Shown here: in pieces, positions 12,342 through 26,725 of the stretch
How positions within the stretch are numbered: the stretch's first letter is position 1
How the letters are laid out: each line of letters begins with the position of its first letter
Assembly (NCBI RefSeq): GCF_026210795.1
Contig: NC_089432.1
Coordinates: 620,001 to 684,000 of the forward strand
Length of the DNA: 64,000 nt
Source: Rhizophagus irregularis
Taxonomy: Eukaryota
Direction of reading: 5' to 3'
Notes under the pieces: generated by a model
The model's database searches: none
What the model was told of the DNA's origin: nothing
Seen by the model: the letters and a program-made list of their open reading frames with translations, nothing else
Translations under genes and position numbers: made by a program

Positions 12342-13259
12342 AAACGGTCCGTAAGCGTAATTGGGCTAATTGTGTTTTTTTACTATACTAGCTTGTAATA
12401 AAATAATGTAAATTATTTTATCTATTATGTATAATATAATTAATATTCCTTTTTTTATTATTGTAACGAGATTTATTTTTTTTTTTAAGAAAAAAAAAAT
12501 TCTTAATCCCTCGTTATTATAATCAGTGTATAAAATGAATGTATTTCTTAATTAATTTATGAAAATCATAAGAAGTAAGTATTTATGACACTATGTCACA
12601 TTACGCACATGTTAACCAGAATGATTATTTGTTGAAAAGTTCGTCCATTAGAGAATTCCGTTAGAGAATTCCGTTGGAGATTTGAGCGAGCTCACGTGGC
12701 TAACGAAAAGTATTCGTTAGCCTTTTCTTTTTTCTTTCCTTTTTTTACTTTGTTTCTTTAACATATTAGGTAATCACGTATGCCAAAACTAATATTGTTC
12801 GGATTGTTTGAATAAGCATTTTTTTTTTTTCAATATTGCCATTTTACCATTGTATGGAAAAAGGTTTCGCGAAATTATATATTGAAAATCTTCACAATAA
12901 ATACATCCTGGTTACACTGTTTACGTATACAATATGTTAATATGTAAAAGTTTGTATTATAAAACATTAAAAACCACAAAAATATAGTAAAATTAGTTTA
13001 GTAATGTAGATTAGAAACAAACAATATTAATTTTAGATTTAACACAATTTTTTTTTTTTAGTTAGAATTTTAATTAATTTTAGATCCGAATACTTAGTTA
13101 TGGGGTTTTGAAAGTATTTTCTTTCTTAGCTCTAAGTGCTTTTGTATTTAATTTTGATCTTTGGATCGCATAAAATTAATAAAGCACATTACTATTTAAA
13201 AATAATAATAATAATAATAATAATACTTAATGATAATAAAATAGAACAGAAAAATATAC

Positions 13260-14030
13260 CTGGGATTCCTAAATAATCCTTTGCCATATTTGCTAGATTT
13301 GGAAACTCTTCTTTGTGTTGCTATTAAATATTAATAAAATAAAAATATAATAATATTCTAATTTTAAATAAACAAATGATAGTGGCACGATCCCCTTTGA
13401 TAAATGTTTCAAATTCATTTGATTTTTCAACACGTTGTCATTTGGAAATACAAGTAATAAGATAGATCCTCATCAGATGAGTCATATTTATTGTTAATGT
13501 TCTTAATTTCTATTGGTGTATATTTTCCCTTGTAAATTTCAAGCACCTATTGAAATAAAAAGTATAATGAAAATAAAATAAAATTTAAAATACAAAAAAA
13601 AAACAAATTAAATTAATACTTTTTTCCTTGCTGATTAAATCCATCGCTTATCCCATTTTTGATCTTTCATGTATTGAATTTAAGACATGGATCTAGAACT
13701 ATTAAAAATAAAAATATTATAATTTTAAAATTAAATTTATATTTTAACGATTTACAATTAACAACTTACCTAAAGAAATAGTATATATAGATGTATCAGC
13801 TTTATCATAATATTCTAGCAGTTTACTAATTACATTACTTGCTGCTTCTTATATTATAAAAATATAATTTAATATAAGAATTTAAAAATCAAATATAATT
13901 TAATCACTTTTCCCTTTTTGCAACGTACCAGGTGAATCCCAAAAATCTTCTAATCTACTTAACAAAATATTATAATATGGTATTATATAAGCTATTGTCA
14001 GATAAGTTTCAGCACATATTTGCGATTATT
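13260..14030 (-). pseudogene. Intron-containing hAT transposase remnant (C-terminal part and dimerization domain)
   Basis: Minus-strand exon pieces LTIAYIIPYYNILL, SKLLEYY, LDPCLK (LDPR-like) and QHKEEFPNLANMAKDYLGIP (hAT dimerization consensus), separated by GT-AG introns. Confidence 0.7.
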
Positions 14031-14380
14031 TAGTTAATTTTTTATTTATTAAAAAATAAAGATATATTTGTTAATTAAAAAAAAAAACTTCAATAAATAA
14101 TCAATATTTTTTAAAAAAAATTACTTATGTGTAATGACGATAAAAAATAGAGAAATCATTCTTTTTTCTCTTAAGTTTTTAATAGAGGATTCCAGAAAAG
14201 TAAGTTAATATATTTCCTTTAATGTATAATAAATATGTAAATATAGTATATTAAGATAATTTTTTAAACATATAAATTTTAATAAGTATAAAATACAATA
14301 TAAGGTTAAATTTGATAATAAACAAAATTTTGCTTTTACATTATTTTAATATTTTATTAACTACTATGTAAACAAAGAAT

Positions 14381-15976
14381 TTAATTACAATCTTCGGAAT
14401 TGATATTGAGTTTAGTAAAATCAACTTTTATTGATTCTAATGTATATAAAAAGCCAGAAATAAATATTGTATCAAAAATACGATTTAATAAAACAAATTA
14501 AATTCATATAATTTACCTGAATATTCTATTCCAATTAAATCATCATTACTATCAGCATTTTTTGGTTCTGGAAGATTTTTAAAATCTAAAATTCTACTTG
14601 TATAAACTGCTTGAGGATGTGTCAAATATGAGAGTGTACTTGTAGATGATAATGGCAATTGAATTGGAATAGATGACTTTTTATTAATTTCATCTGCCTC
14701 TTTAACTTGCCCATAAATTACAGAATCCACTTTATTGCTCTCAATACCAAAATATAATTTCAATAATAAAACCTGTAATTCATTTGCATTAGGTCGTTTT
14801 AAAGGGTCTGCATCCCAACATTGATTAATAATGTCAAAAATTAATTGAGGAATTTTATAATTAGACTTTGGCCTCAACCCATTACAAATTTTCATTGCTA
14901 AGTATTCATCATGAGCTATATCATAATAAGGAGGGAAACCTGTACAAATTTCATATGCAATAATTCCAAATCCATAAATATCACTTTGTTGAGTATATTC
15001 TTTTCCTCTTAAAACTTCTGGAGCTACATAAGGTAATACTCCATATATTTTTTTATTACTATTTTGAGTATTTTGAGAGGATTTGACATTTGCTGGTTGG
15101 CATAATCCCAAGTCAGTAATATAAGCTTTTTCATTAAAATCGCTTAACATATTTCCACAATGAAAATCATTATGAATTAATCCTTTATTATGAATAACTT
15201 CAAGACCAAATGCAATATAATATAAATTAAGCAACTTTTCCCTCCAATTCATTGAAATGAAGTTGTTATTTAAATGTTGTCTTAAGCTACCCTTTTTTAA
15301 ATCCATCACCATTATAAAATTATTTGTTTTTGGATCTTTGGTAATACCAAAACAACGAACTGTAAAATAACTATATACTAAAATATTTGATTCAACCTTA
15401 AAAGAAAATTATAGTTAGTTTAACATTTATAAAGGCTAATAATACTAAAATCAGTAAAAAATAGCTTACTTCTTTTAAAAAATCTGCTGTAATATCTTGG
15501 GAATTATGTAAGCACTTTAAAGCGACTTTTGTTTCACCTTTTCTTTCCAATTGTTCATAGTTATAATAAAATTCCCAAGGACCATCTTTCCAAACTGCTT
15601 TAAAAGTAGTTCCAAATCCCCCTTTTGCTAAATATTCAACATCTTCAAATTTATCATATTCAATCCACTCTATGATTTGATTGTCCCATTCAGCTTTTAA
15701 TTGTGCTTTTTGAATAAATTCATCAACAACATGATTTCCACTTGTCCAATTTTTGAAATTTTGTTGAAAATGTTGTGAATTACATGACCAACAATAATTA
15801 AAATTAGTTTTAGGCTGCTTACAAAGTTTACATAAACCATTTTCTCTATAACGTTCATTTAATTCTTCGTCTGTTATTAGTTTATCAATTAACGATTCTT
15901 GTTCTTCAGTTAAATACTCATAGTCAAAATCTTTTATTTGTTCAAATATATCATCACTTAGTTTAATTTCATCCAT
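14381..15976 (-). CDS. TKL-type protein kinase, 3 exons (15976-15470, 15396-14517, 14436-14381), ~480 aa
   Basis: CKLC..CWSC, AKGGFG, VALK, HNDFHCGN, TDLG, YVAPE, SDIYGFG, AVYTSR tail; the two GT-AG introns keep the frame. Confidence 0.9.
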
Positions 15977-16359
15977 TTTAATAAATAAGTTTTTAAACAA
16001 AAATATGTTATCAATCCGTATGTAAAAATAATAAAGGAAAAGAAAAAAAAATAAAAAAAAGTGGTGATCGGCAACAAAATCGTGAAACAAGACTAGTTAA
16101 AATACACAAAGGAACAAATAATCTGATCGGCAATTAAATTTATCCAATTTTGGCAAACAAGGGTTTTTATTTAAATTTTCTATAATAGGTAAGATCAAAT
16201 GACGAAATAAAATAAAATAAAATATTTTAAAATATGGGAGTATTATGTAATTAAAAAGTTGTGTATTGCAATTAAATAAATTTTTTTCGTAAGTAAAACT
16301 AAAATTTATGATAAAATAACTTCTATATTGAGAAAAAGGTAAAGGATGTATATATTTTT

Positions 16360-16470
16360 TATTTTGAATATGATAAATTTATTCAAATGGTGAAATTGGT
16401 AGAGGAGCTTTTGGTAAAGTGAGTAAATCAAGTTTTGTTAGTACAGGATTAATCACACTGTCAAGTATGA
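16360..16470 (+). pseudogene. Short kinase N-lobe fragment
   Basis: EYDKF...EIGRGAFGKV glycine loop with a frameshift and no continuation. Confidence 0.55.
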
Positions 16471-19400
16471 GCTTAATGAGCGAGGGTAGTAATCAACTTT
16501 TTATGTTGTACACTAGGGTGAAATCAAAAATCAAGTTGGGCACATTAACAATTTTTTTGGTAAATGTATACATTTTTAAAAAGAAGACAGTGATACAAAT
16601 CATCTAAAGAGGAGATTTCTTTAAAAGGAAGTTGCCTGTAGATCATATAATAAAATTATATAACAATTTTTGTTATATCCTCTTTTATTGAATTAATTAA
16701 TGATTTTATATTCCTAAATAATGAAACATTGCTATTTAATTCATTATCATGAATTCAGGATTTAAAAAGTTTCATATAGATTATATAAATTATATAGATT
16801 TTATAAATTTTACTTTATGTAAGAATTCTTTAACTATCTGCCCAAATACCATTAATCAATTTCGTTTCTTTGATAAGCATGTGATATTAAAGGAATAATT
16901 TGAGACAATGAGATTTAAATATTTTTTTTACAAGAAAATTTACTATAGTATTGACCGTAATACTTGTAACTGAATATTTTATGTTCGGAATTCAATTACT
17001 AAAATCTTAATAATGTTTGAAGTTTGTTCAATCGAAAAAAAAATAATAATTAAAATCAAATTATTTATTATAAACTACTTTATTAGGTTCACATGTACGA
17101 ATTTAAAGTAATTTGAAAGTTTTCTGATGATTTATAATTTATATTGTATGAGCTAAGATATTATTGTCAATTTTTTTTTATTAAAGGGGAGCGGTAAAAC
17201 AACTTATTCACATAAGTACTAATTAATTTGTTAATGTTTCAGTGTCAAATAAGTTTTAGAATAGATCAGGTGATTTATTTGCATGTTGATCACGTAAAAT
17301 TTGTGAAATAAAAATCATAGTATTTCAATAACACGTGACTGTAATTACAATATCTCTAATCGTTGTGTTTTAAAAAATATGAAACTAAAAATTTTTGCAT
17401 AATTACTACAGGAATTTATTACGTTTTAAGCAGTAATCATATAAAATATTTATTATACTGTATTGTTAAAACATTGCAAGTGTTTTATATGATATAATAT
17501 CTTAATTACATTACAAACTATAAAACAACATATAATACAATTACTTAATTATCAAGCATATGAAAAAAAATAAAATTTAAAAAATAAAAAATAACATTCT
17601 ATAAAATAAATATTCCAAATGGTATGATGGACAGGAACTGTTGAAACTTCCCAGATCTCAAGTCGAGATCATTTGACATATTCGACATACAAAGTAGAAG
17701 GAATCGTGGAGTTAAATTAGGGAAGAGATAGGTTAATGTGCTTGTAAAAATGTTTTTTTTTTGGGATAATTATTATTTTATTTGAATTTTATTTCTTTTA
17801 AAAATTCTCTACTATTTTAAAAAACTACAGTATCTCACAGTTTAACCAATATAATCGTTCTTTTGCAAAAAAAATCTTTGATTCATTGATATCAATTACA
17901 TCATTAACTATACCTGTAGTAAACCATTGAAGCGCAAATGCCAAGAAATCTTTTAAAATATTTTAGTAAACTCTTACTATCCAATTATAAATTGATTACA
18001 ATATTGATTTTTGAATATGTTCCACAGCTGTGAGTTTGAACTTTGAATATTAACAAATATTAACATTAATAACATTAATATATATAATAAAAAAAAATTG
18101 ATTAAATAAATAAATAAATAATAAAATAAATAAAATAAAATAAGATAAAATAGTTTACCACAAGAAAAAAAAAGATTAAATAAATAAAACAAAACAAAGT
18201 AATAAAATTCAATAAAGTAAAATAAAATATTTTTTCGGTAAATATGAATAAGATAATGAGTTTATTAATTATTAATTTGATCAAAATGTTTTGGCGATAT
18301 TCCGAGTGGTACGGATCAATTGATTCTTTCCCCAGAATTTTACCACGTGTTTTACTAGGCGTTACTATTTCGCGCTTCTCATTTTCATAAGTATTCGTTT
18401 TTACAAGGTGTGAAATCATATTTGTCACTCGCCGACTCGCGTTTAATTTCTTAACGCAATAATGCCGGTCAGTCATGTGTATTCCTTTTCACATTTTAAC
18501 AAGCTACGATAAAGAGTTTCCATAAGTTTGTTCTAGACTTCTAAAAGGATTACGTAAAAATGTAAAGAACAATAGGATCATCAAATGCATATTTAAATGA
18601 CAATTTTTTCAGGTAATGAAATTCTATAAAAAGGAATCATAATTTTTGCAACAAATAAAAGAGTCATGAGAATTTTAAAATCTTTTGCCAAGCAGATTTA
18701 TTTGATTTCTAGCAGGTTCCAAATGATAAATTATTCAGATTACTAATAATTTTTTTTTATAAATAAAGTTATAAAATTATATTTAAGAATTAGATATATC
18801 AGAGCTGGTTGTTACATTAACATTGGATAAGTTTAACTTGGATGTTAGTGATATTATAAACAAGATAGATTTTTTTATTAAAAGATAAGAATATAAAGAA
18901 AATAAAAATTCAGAGATTGGAATTTTTAGCTAAAATTAATAGCAAGAGAAAGTTTAGAGCTACCGATTCAATTGAATATATTTTACATAGTAATGAAGGT
19001 GTTTTACGAAGAATTTTTAAATGAATGGTTTCCTGCTGAATCTAAGATGGAAATAATTATTACGTTTATGGAGCTTGGTTAAGTATCGTTCTTGGACTTA
19101 TTGGTGGAATTCGTGGTTATATTTATATCAATTAGTTTTGTTTTAAAAAGAATTATTCCTTCTTTTATTCAAAAACTAAAGAGTAAAGAATGAATAATTT
19201 AGAAATCTTAAAATGCTTATGTTTTTTTTACACATGTCAGTACATATATTTATGTTTTTTTTTATAGAAAAATTTGGTATTTCTTTATTTTTAATAAATA
19301 AGATTATTAAATAAAAAAATTAAATACTTATAAAATTAACCCACTTAAATCTGAAATTTGATATATTATCTTGATTATCATCATTTTCGAAATAGTAGCT

Positions 19401-20429
19401 TCAATAATTTAACTTTAGTACGTATCACATAACGATCTATTTAATTGATCGATGAAATACATCCCAAAATTTTAGGGATTCACTCAATTAGCCAATATGT
19501 AATAAATGCAACAGCGGCATTAACTTTTAACATACAATTTAATATTTATGATAAATTTAATGATGCAGCAATACATTTTTTTTAAGAGAGATTTCTTGTA
19601 TTTTTTTTTTTTTTTTGTGATTATAACGCTTCGGACGCTCTAAGAGTTCCCGTTTCTAAAGTTTTTATCTGGAATGCCAATAAAATGACTGAAAGTTCGT
19701 GGTGGTAAATACGTTTCACGAAATTACTTGCGGCCAACTTTCCGAAGCGTATGTCTGTCCTATTTGTCCATCTACCTACTTCTCGTTGAAATTTTATTTT
19801 TAATCATGATATTTGTAGTAAAATTTTAAACTTTTTATTATTTTTATTTTTTTTAACATAAATTTTTTTACTTTTTCTGACATTATAAAATTGAAAAATT
19901 AAAAAAGGGAATTTTATTTATAAAAGTGTGTTTTTTTCAAAGATATTTTTACACTGAGCGACAGAGCGTGATCAACTTAATCTCCTGATTAAAATATTGA
20001 TATCCGATATGTATCACAAGAAGGGAGGTTTATATTTGTACTACTTGGCAAAAAAAATTTAAAAAGATGAAGCATCAGCGTGAATTTTTTCTTTTTAAAT
20101 AACTTCTAAAATTTGGAACTCTTTTATTATTATTATTTTTTAATTACTTAATGTTTAGGGATTTTTTTTTTAGGAATCAGCTTTATGTTGAGTGGATCTT
20201 AAATTGAGGGAATTTGGTTATTTAAATCCCAAAATCCCGTTCATCATATCAATATAACAAATTGGAATCCATGTTGAAAAGATTGTGAAGTAGGTGGTGG
20301 TGATGCTGTAGTAGCAGAAGTATGTATCATTTTAATGTTTTTTATTCTATGATCTATTAGATATAATTACACACTTTTCATAATGATAATGTATTTATAT
20401 GCAATTAATGATATAAATTATATTTAATA

Positions 20430-21975
20430 GATATAACTACTGCCTCTTATTTTCTTTACTTGACGTAATATTCATGGTGATGATGTTAGAACATGACTTG
20501 GGCTTAAACACAATAAAACAATCATTATTTTTTATGCTATAGTAAGTGCCCAGTTTCTTTTTCATTTCTTTTATTATTATTTATTTTTCACTATTTTTTT
20601 TATTAAATTTTTTTCTATTTATTTCTTTCCTTTATTTTTCTTCTTTTATGATCGGAAAGCCTTGGAACAGTTTTAACTTGATGTTGCAGAACCATAGTAA
20701 GTGTTAGATTCTTTTTTTTTTCTTTTTTTTTATTAATTTTTATTTTTATTAAATTTTTTTTCTTTATTTTCCTTCTTTTAGGATCAGTTTGAGTTCGGAT
20801 TGATGTTGCAGTACCATACCCTGTAAAAAATATGATCTGTGTTTTATCTTTCCATGTTTTTCCATGAATGTATCATTTTCATGGAATTTATAGCCTTAAA
20901 TCATGGAAATTTTCATCTCGCTAATACAGATATCCGTGAATGTATCATTTTCACAGAATTTTTTATAGAAGACACAGAGAAAGAATGGAAATATTCGGAT
21001 AAAAATTTTTTATAGGGATAGTACCATAGTAGGCATCAGATTCTTTTTTTATTTATTTTTTTTGATTTTCACTAATTTTTTTTTATTAAATTTTTTCAAT
21101 TTTTTTCTTTCCTTCATTTTCCAGGAAGTCTTGGATAGGTTTCAGCGCGTGGTTGCAGTGCCACAGTAAGTTCCAAATATTTTTTGAAAAGTTTTTCTTT
21201 TTTTTTTATTAATTTGCCAATAATTTTTTTTCTTTTCATCTCCTGAGATCGGGAACTCATAGGTCAGATGGAATGATACAATGGTAAGTGTCAATTCTCA
21301 TTTCTTTTTCGTTTCAAAATAAATTTTTATTATTATTATTTATTAATATCTTTTTTTCTTTAATTTTTTTTACCTTAGATTCAGAAGTTTCAGCGTAATG
21401 CAACAGTAAGAATTAATTTCTTTTTTTCACTCTTTTTTCCTGTTTCATTCATTCTTTCTTTTTGTTTATATTTACTAATATTTTTCCTTTATTATTTTTC
21501 TAATTTAGATTCGGGAGAGGAGGGCTTGGATCAGATTGTGCGCCTACTGCTGCGGTACTATAGTAAGTGCTGGGGTTTTTTTTTTCATTGTGAATTTTTC
21601 CTTTATTTGATTATTTTAATTAATACTTTTTATTAACTTTTTTTCTTTAGTTTTCTTCTTTTAGGTTCAAGAAGAGCTAGATTGGATTCTGCATGATGTT
21701 GTGGCATTATGTAAGTGCTATATATCTCTTTTTTTCATTTTTTATTCCTTTTTTATACTCCTTTCTTTTTAAGTCTTTAGATTCAGATTGGATGAGACGT
21801 ACTTATTGGATGTGATACTACTGTACACTGTAAGCACTAAATCTTTTTTCATTTTGAAACTTTTTCCCTTATTTTTTTATTCATTTTTTTAATTTTTTTT
21901 TTAATTTTTTTTTCTGTCTTTTAGGTGGGAAGTTTTAGATCAGGTTTAGCGCAATGCTGCAGTGCAAATGGACCG
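20430..21975 (+). repeat. Tandem array of ~9 related micro-exons separated by T-rich introns
   Basis: GTAAG/GTAGG donors at 20542, 20697, 21029, 21166, 21284, 21406, 21563, 21711, 21830; polypyrimidine-TAG acceptors; exons share TTGGATCAG...TGTTGCAGTACCATA. Confidence 0.7.
20819..21017. mobile_element. CACTA/EnSpm-like MITE
   Basis: CCCTGTAAAAAA...TTTTTTATAGGG termini, 3-bp TSD ATA, internal CCRTGAATGTATCATTTTCA repeat. Confidence 0.7.
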
Positions 21976-23339
21976 ATAGCTCCCTCATCAGCTTTAAAAA
22001 ATTTATTATCAACATTTCTTAAAAATTTACAAAGATGATTAGCAAAAATTATTTTTGCTCAAAAACTCCCACGTTCTGGTAAGATTTATCCAGAAAAGAA
22101 GAAATTACACACGAATGCTAACTTCAAAGAATATTGTCTAGTGGATACCTCAAGACCCTTTTCCTTCTTATGATACCTATCACCAAATCTGACCCGTATT
22201 ATTCAAGCACGTCAGAAAATACCCTAACAAATGATCTTCAAAAATTGACACATGATTCATTAGTGCAAAAATCATCTGACCACCTGTTTTGTTAAATATT
22301 TAATTTTACTTTAGTTTTATGCAGAGTTGCAGACCTTCGTTCATCTTTAATCTCAATACAATATATAAGCAGGATAGACTTATAATATTTAGTGAAATAG
22401 ATCTCCAGATCTGAAATAACAATGTTAAAATTTCTTTTGTAGAATAGTTTTTTTGTGTTAATTTTGTGGTTTTCATGTGGAATCTCACAAATTTATTACA
22501 TCTGCCTAGAAATTGTTTTACAATAAAGTATACCTTTATCTACAATTTATATTATTGTGTTGTGTTTAAAAATAAATAAATAAGATGTCTTAAAAAAATG
22601 AAAAAAATGATCATCCCTATGATGACCAATCTTTTTTATTTTTTTTTTTTTGAGTCTAGCTACATATGAAAACTTAAATCAGAATTTTGTAGTGGCAAAT
22701 AGCAATAGCGAACAATTAATAATAACAATTTATAATACTAATATTGTAAATAACAAGCAATTATTGATAATGATAAATTCCATAATAAATTTTTATTTGA
22801 ATAATTAAACGAACAGATAATTCGAAAAAAATAATTATTTTTTCTAAAAATTTAAAAAATAATAATGATCAAGTTAATTTATTTTATTTAGATGATTTAA
22901 TGTAATAAATTATACAACATCAGATCCAAACTCTACTCCAAACCAGTTTTTGAACTTGATCTGACTCGTAGAACTAAAACCGAACTGGTAAAGTCGTTCC
23001 CATCCCTATTACATGTGACAATTGTGACATACGTTGATAATTTAATTTTACTACCATTGTGATTTGTAAATTATAAAATTATAATAATTTTACTAATATA
23101 GAAATGCGCAGCTACTGATTTTATTTATTTTATTTATTAGGTTAACTTCGCTCTGAGCTAATACAAAAAAATATTTAAGTACATTCTGCCTATTGTACGT
23201 GGTTTATACCTGAATGTTACCTCTTATTCATCTACCCTATCCTTCAAACCAATAATGGCTTGTCTTGTGGTCTTGTGTGAATCAGTTCATCCCTTCCATT
23301 GTATTTTAATAAAATTCCAATCCATAGCAAATCTTTTTT

Positions 23340-23648
23340 TAAAAAAAAAATCTGTACATATTCCGGACATTTTCTGTATAGAAAAACGGCGATTAAAAAA
23401 TTCTATACAAATTCCGGACATTTTCCGTATTAGAAAATTAATAATTTTTTTTTTAAAAAAAAATTCTGTACATATTCCGGACAATTAATAATTTTATGTA
23501 CATATTCTGGGCATTTAAAAACTTGTGAACAGATGATGTGATTATTTTTTAGGACGAAAAATGGTCATTTTCTGGACACATTCAAATATACCAGGACATT
23601 TTCCGGACATTTTTGCAGATGCTTTCCGGACAATCCTTTTTTATAGGG
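23340..23648. mobile_element. Right end of a CACTA-like element with subterminal TTCCGGACA repeats
   Basis: Repeated (A)TTCCGGACA motifs ending in TTTTTTATAGGG at 23648; left end not identified. Confidence 0.55.
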
Positions 23649-24849
23649 CAGCCTACCGCTGGCCGCTTGGTCATGTGTTCGTTCATAACTCCGCATGACT
23701 TTTCATAACTCTGGCAAAACCTGACAGGAAAATGTCCCGTCGGGAAAGGAAATCGTGCCGTATCTGATCACTTTCTTTCAAACTTAGGATTTACAATAAA
23801 ATCAGTGAATATTAAATTAAAAATAATAGAATTTTGACAAGAGTTCTTTTTGTTTCGTACAATGGTAAATCACTTCTGATCAGTAAGTAGATCGATCCAT
23901 AATAAACCCATTTCGGATATTAAGAAATTTCAAAATAGGTTAGTATCACTCTTCACATAAAAAAATGTTGAATATAGGTTTTTTTTATTCTAGTTTTAGC
24001 ATTACTTACTCATATCCATTCTATTTTTGTTTTTTTTTAAAAAATTTTTCGTAATATTCGTAAATCATATAAATAATGGATGCCTAATATGATATTCTTT
24101 TCCTTATACTCCCAAAAATTTCTTAAATTCTAGATTAAAAATGCGATAGTTATATTTGATATCTAATCTATAAATCATTAATTAAAATAATTAATGAGGC
24201 ACTTTTTCATCATAAAAAAAAAGGTAAAAGGAATTGGAATTGAATAAGAAAATTATGCATGGAATTATGTGGAGTCGAATAATTTTCTAAAACTAAGTAT
24301 TCGTTTCTTATTTATAATATTTCCCCTATGCCTTCGAGATCTTAATTGAGTATCTCATTGTTGGAACCAATAAAATTACGTTACCCAAAATTATAACCAA
24401 CTTAAAATAACACATATAAATTAAAATACATAAAACACATTTACACAAGAATAGTTCACGGGCGTTACCCTTTATGAAGCCCAATTGTTGATATGATAGT
24501 TTAACGTCATTCCGGACTGCAGTAAATAAAAATACTTTAAAATTTTATACACTTAAGCTAAACATAATACTGCGCCTTATATTTTCACAACCGGCCCGAT
24601 TTAACCCATAATTTCAGCTAAATACATAATTCTGGGTCATAATTTAAACAAATTCTCATGTCGATCATATATGATCACGTGACTATGGTTCGTTAATTGT
24701 CCGCAAACTGTACAAAAAGAACAATTAAAGAAGCGTTTAGGGCAAGTTAATAAAGAGATTATGTATCAAACTAAATCCGGCTCAAACCTAATCATTGTTG
24801 GAAACCGAATTTACAACCGGTTTGTGCAACCGGTTCAAACTCCAGTTCC

Positions 24850-24995
24850 TTCGCCGGAATGGCTTTGGCGAAATGATCTTCGGTAAAATGTCTATTTGGG
24901 AAAATGGCATTTCGGTAAAACATCCCTTCGGCAAAATTTGCTTCGGCAAAATGAGCTTCTGTGAATTGAACTTCAGCAAAAAGTTCGGATACTCC
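24850..24995. repeat. 15-bp TTCGGCAAAATG-type repeats, MULE-MITE end related to 378-505
   Basis: About 9 degenerate TTCGG(C/T)RAAAT units with 15-bp period ending in CGGATACTCC. Confidence 0.6.
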
Positions 24996-24999
24996 TAGC

Positions 25000-25326
25000 C
25001 AGTGACCCAAATGACCTCAAATGACTCAAATGACTGGTCACGTGTCATTTGGGTCATTTCAACATTAAATGACAAATGACCTAGTCATTTAAAAATTACA
25101 TCATAATTGGCCAGAACTATTCATACAATTTCACTATTTCATGGATAAAATTTTCACATGATATTAGAAGTTCATAATTCTGGCCGGCATCATTAACTTG
25201 GCCTGAATTATAAAGCATTAATTTTAAATGACTCAAATGACAAATGACCTAAATGACTAGGTCATTCGAAGGTCATTCGGAGGTCATCTCAAAATGGGCA
25301 AATGACCTAATCATTTGCCATCACTG
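25000..25326. mobile_element. hAT-type MITE with AAATGAC subterminal repeats
   Basis: CAGTGA..CAAATGA / TCATTTG..TCACTG termini; 8-bp TSD CTCCTAGC / CTCCTAAC (1 mismatch). Confidence 0.75.
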
Positions 25327-26014
25327 CTCCTAACAGCCTAACCTTAATTCGTTTCATATTTATGATTATGTGTACAAACCGTCTAAAAAAGCTTCATTTT
25401 GTCCAATTTATGAAATAAAAATTAAGAAAATGGTGCTTTTTTAGGCATTTATTATATGAGCACAAATATACATTTCATTTTTACTGTTATAATATAATCA
25501 TGTCTATTAATATTGACCCTTAAAAGTGTTTCCAAATTTAAAAAACATTAATAAAATATGTTTCGGTTAATGACCAGAAATCTTACCAAAAACGGTTTAA
25601 AAAAGTGATAATGAAATATGCATAATTGTGTGAATGTTCTAATTTGAAATTAAAATGCAGTAAGGAATTATTAAGGTAATATTCATGTCGGTAAAATGAT
25701 GTCAGATTATTTGAATATTATTATTTAACTAATATATTACTATAATAAATATATTTTTTTAAAATGAACCCTTGATTGGGATGTGCGAATTTTTTTGTCA
25801 ATTATATAGATTGATTTAAACGAACAAAACGAATCAAGTCAAGTAATAGCTCTTGGCAGAAAATCATTGAAAATCTAGGTTTTGAAATTATATATAACCA
25901 CTGTCACCAAAATTTTGTTTTACAGAATCGAGCAGATATTGAAACTTTAAACTCCCAAATTGACAACTACCCAAACTACTACTCCCTCAGGTCTATCGAA
26001 CAACATTAACTAAT

Positions 26015-26439
26015 ATGAAACTTCAAAGCTTTTACCTTCTTACTGTCCTTTTCATGTGTTTTTATATAATGGACGTTAAAGGTAAAGTCCTTACATTCAA
26101 TATGTTCTCCATTTTCTTTTCTAATGATTCAACTTTTTGGTTTAATGTATAGCATTTATGGTCGCCACGGATTTGGAAATGACTCTCTGCAGATGTAGAA
26201 TTTGGATAGAGGATTCAAATGGTCATCGCATAGCCGGTGACAAAAAATACCATGATTGTACTAATTATTTTTACACTGGCCACGAATTTATTTATTTTCC
26301 AAACCAAACGTACACGGTTTATGCTAAAGTTGCAGGTAGTTTTAAGAAAAAGAAAGCACGAGGACCTTTTAATGAAAATACCTGTTTTAGTATACATGGC
26401 ACTGTTAATAAGTGGGGATTTGATCAAAAATCTTGTTAA
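26015..26439 (+). CDS. Small secreted cysteine-containing protein, 117 aa, 2 exons (26015-26081, 26153-26439)
   Basis: Exon 1 encodes a signal-peptide-like MKLQSFYLLTVLFMCFYIMDVKA; a phase-1 GT-AG intron joins it in frame to ORF 26158-26439; 5 Cys in the mature part. Confidence 0.85.
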
Positions 26440-26725
26440 TCGTTTATTTGGATATTATCTCAGTATGTTGAAGATGTGAACCAATTAAAATCTGTTTCTC
26501 TAGTTGCATAATTAATTATTTTCTAGAAATATGACATCATTAATAATTAATACAAAAATTTCAAAACTATAATCAAATTACTCATTATAATAACATTCAT
26601 AATTTTTATTATTATTTGCGAAAAACATAACTATATTTACCAATTTGGTAATACTTTTTATAATAAAATTATTATTTAACTATTAAGCATTTTTCTGAAC
26701 TATTCTGTTATAATATATTTGAACT

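Noticed and set aside
17630..19200. Coding-like patches (also at ~57240-57480 and ~60500-61620)
   Set aside because: Multiple stops and frameshifts with no recognisable motif; probably old pseudogene debris that cannot be named.
20430..21975. CRISPR array
   Set aside because: Eukaryotic context, degenerate units, spacers are T-rich introns with splice signals, and there are no cas genes.
24788..25010. Pentapeptide-repeat ORFs (FAEAN-like)
   Set aside because: Translation artefact of 15-bp MITE subterminal repeats.
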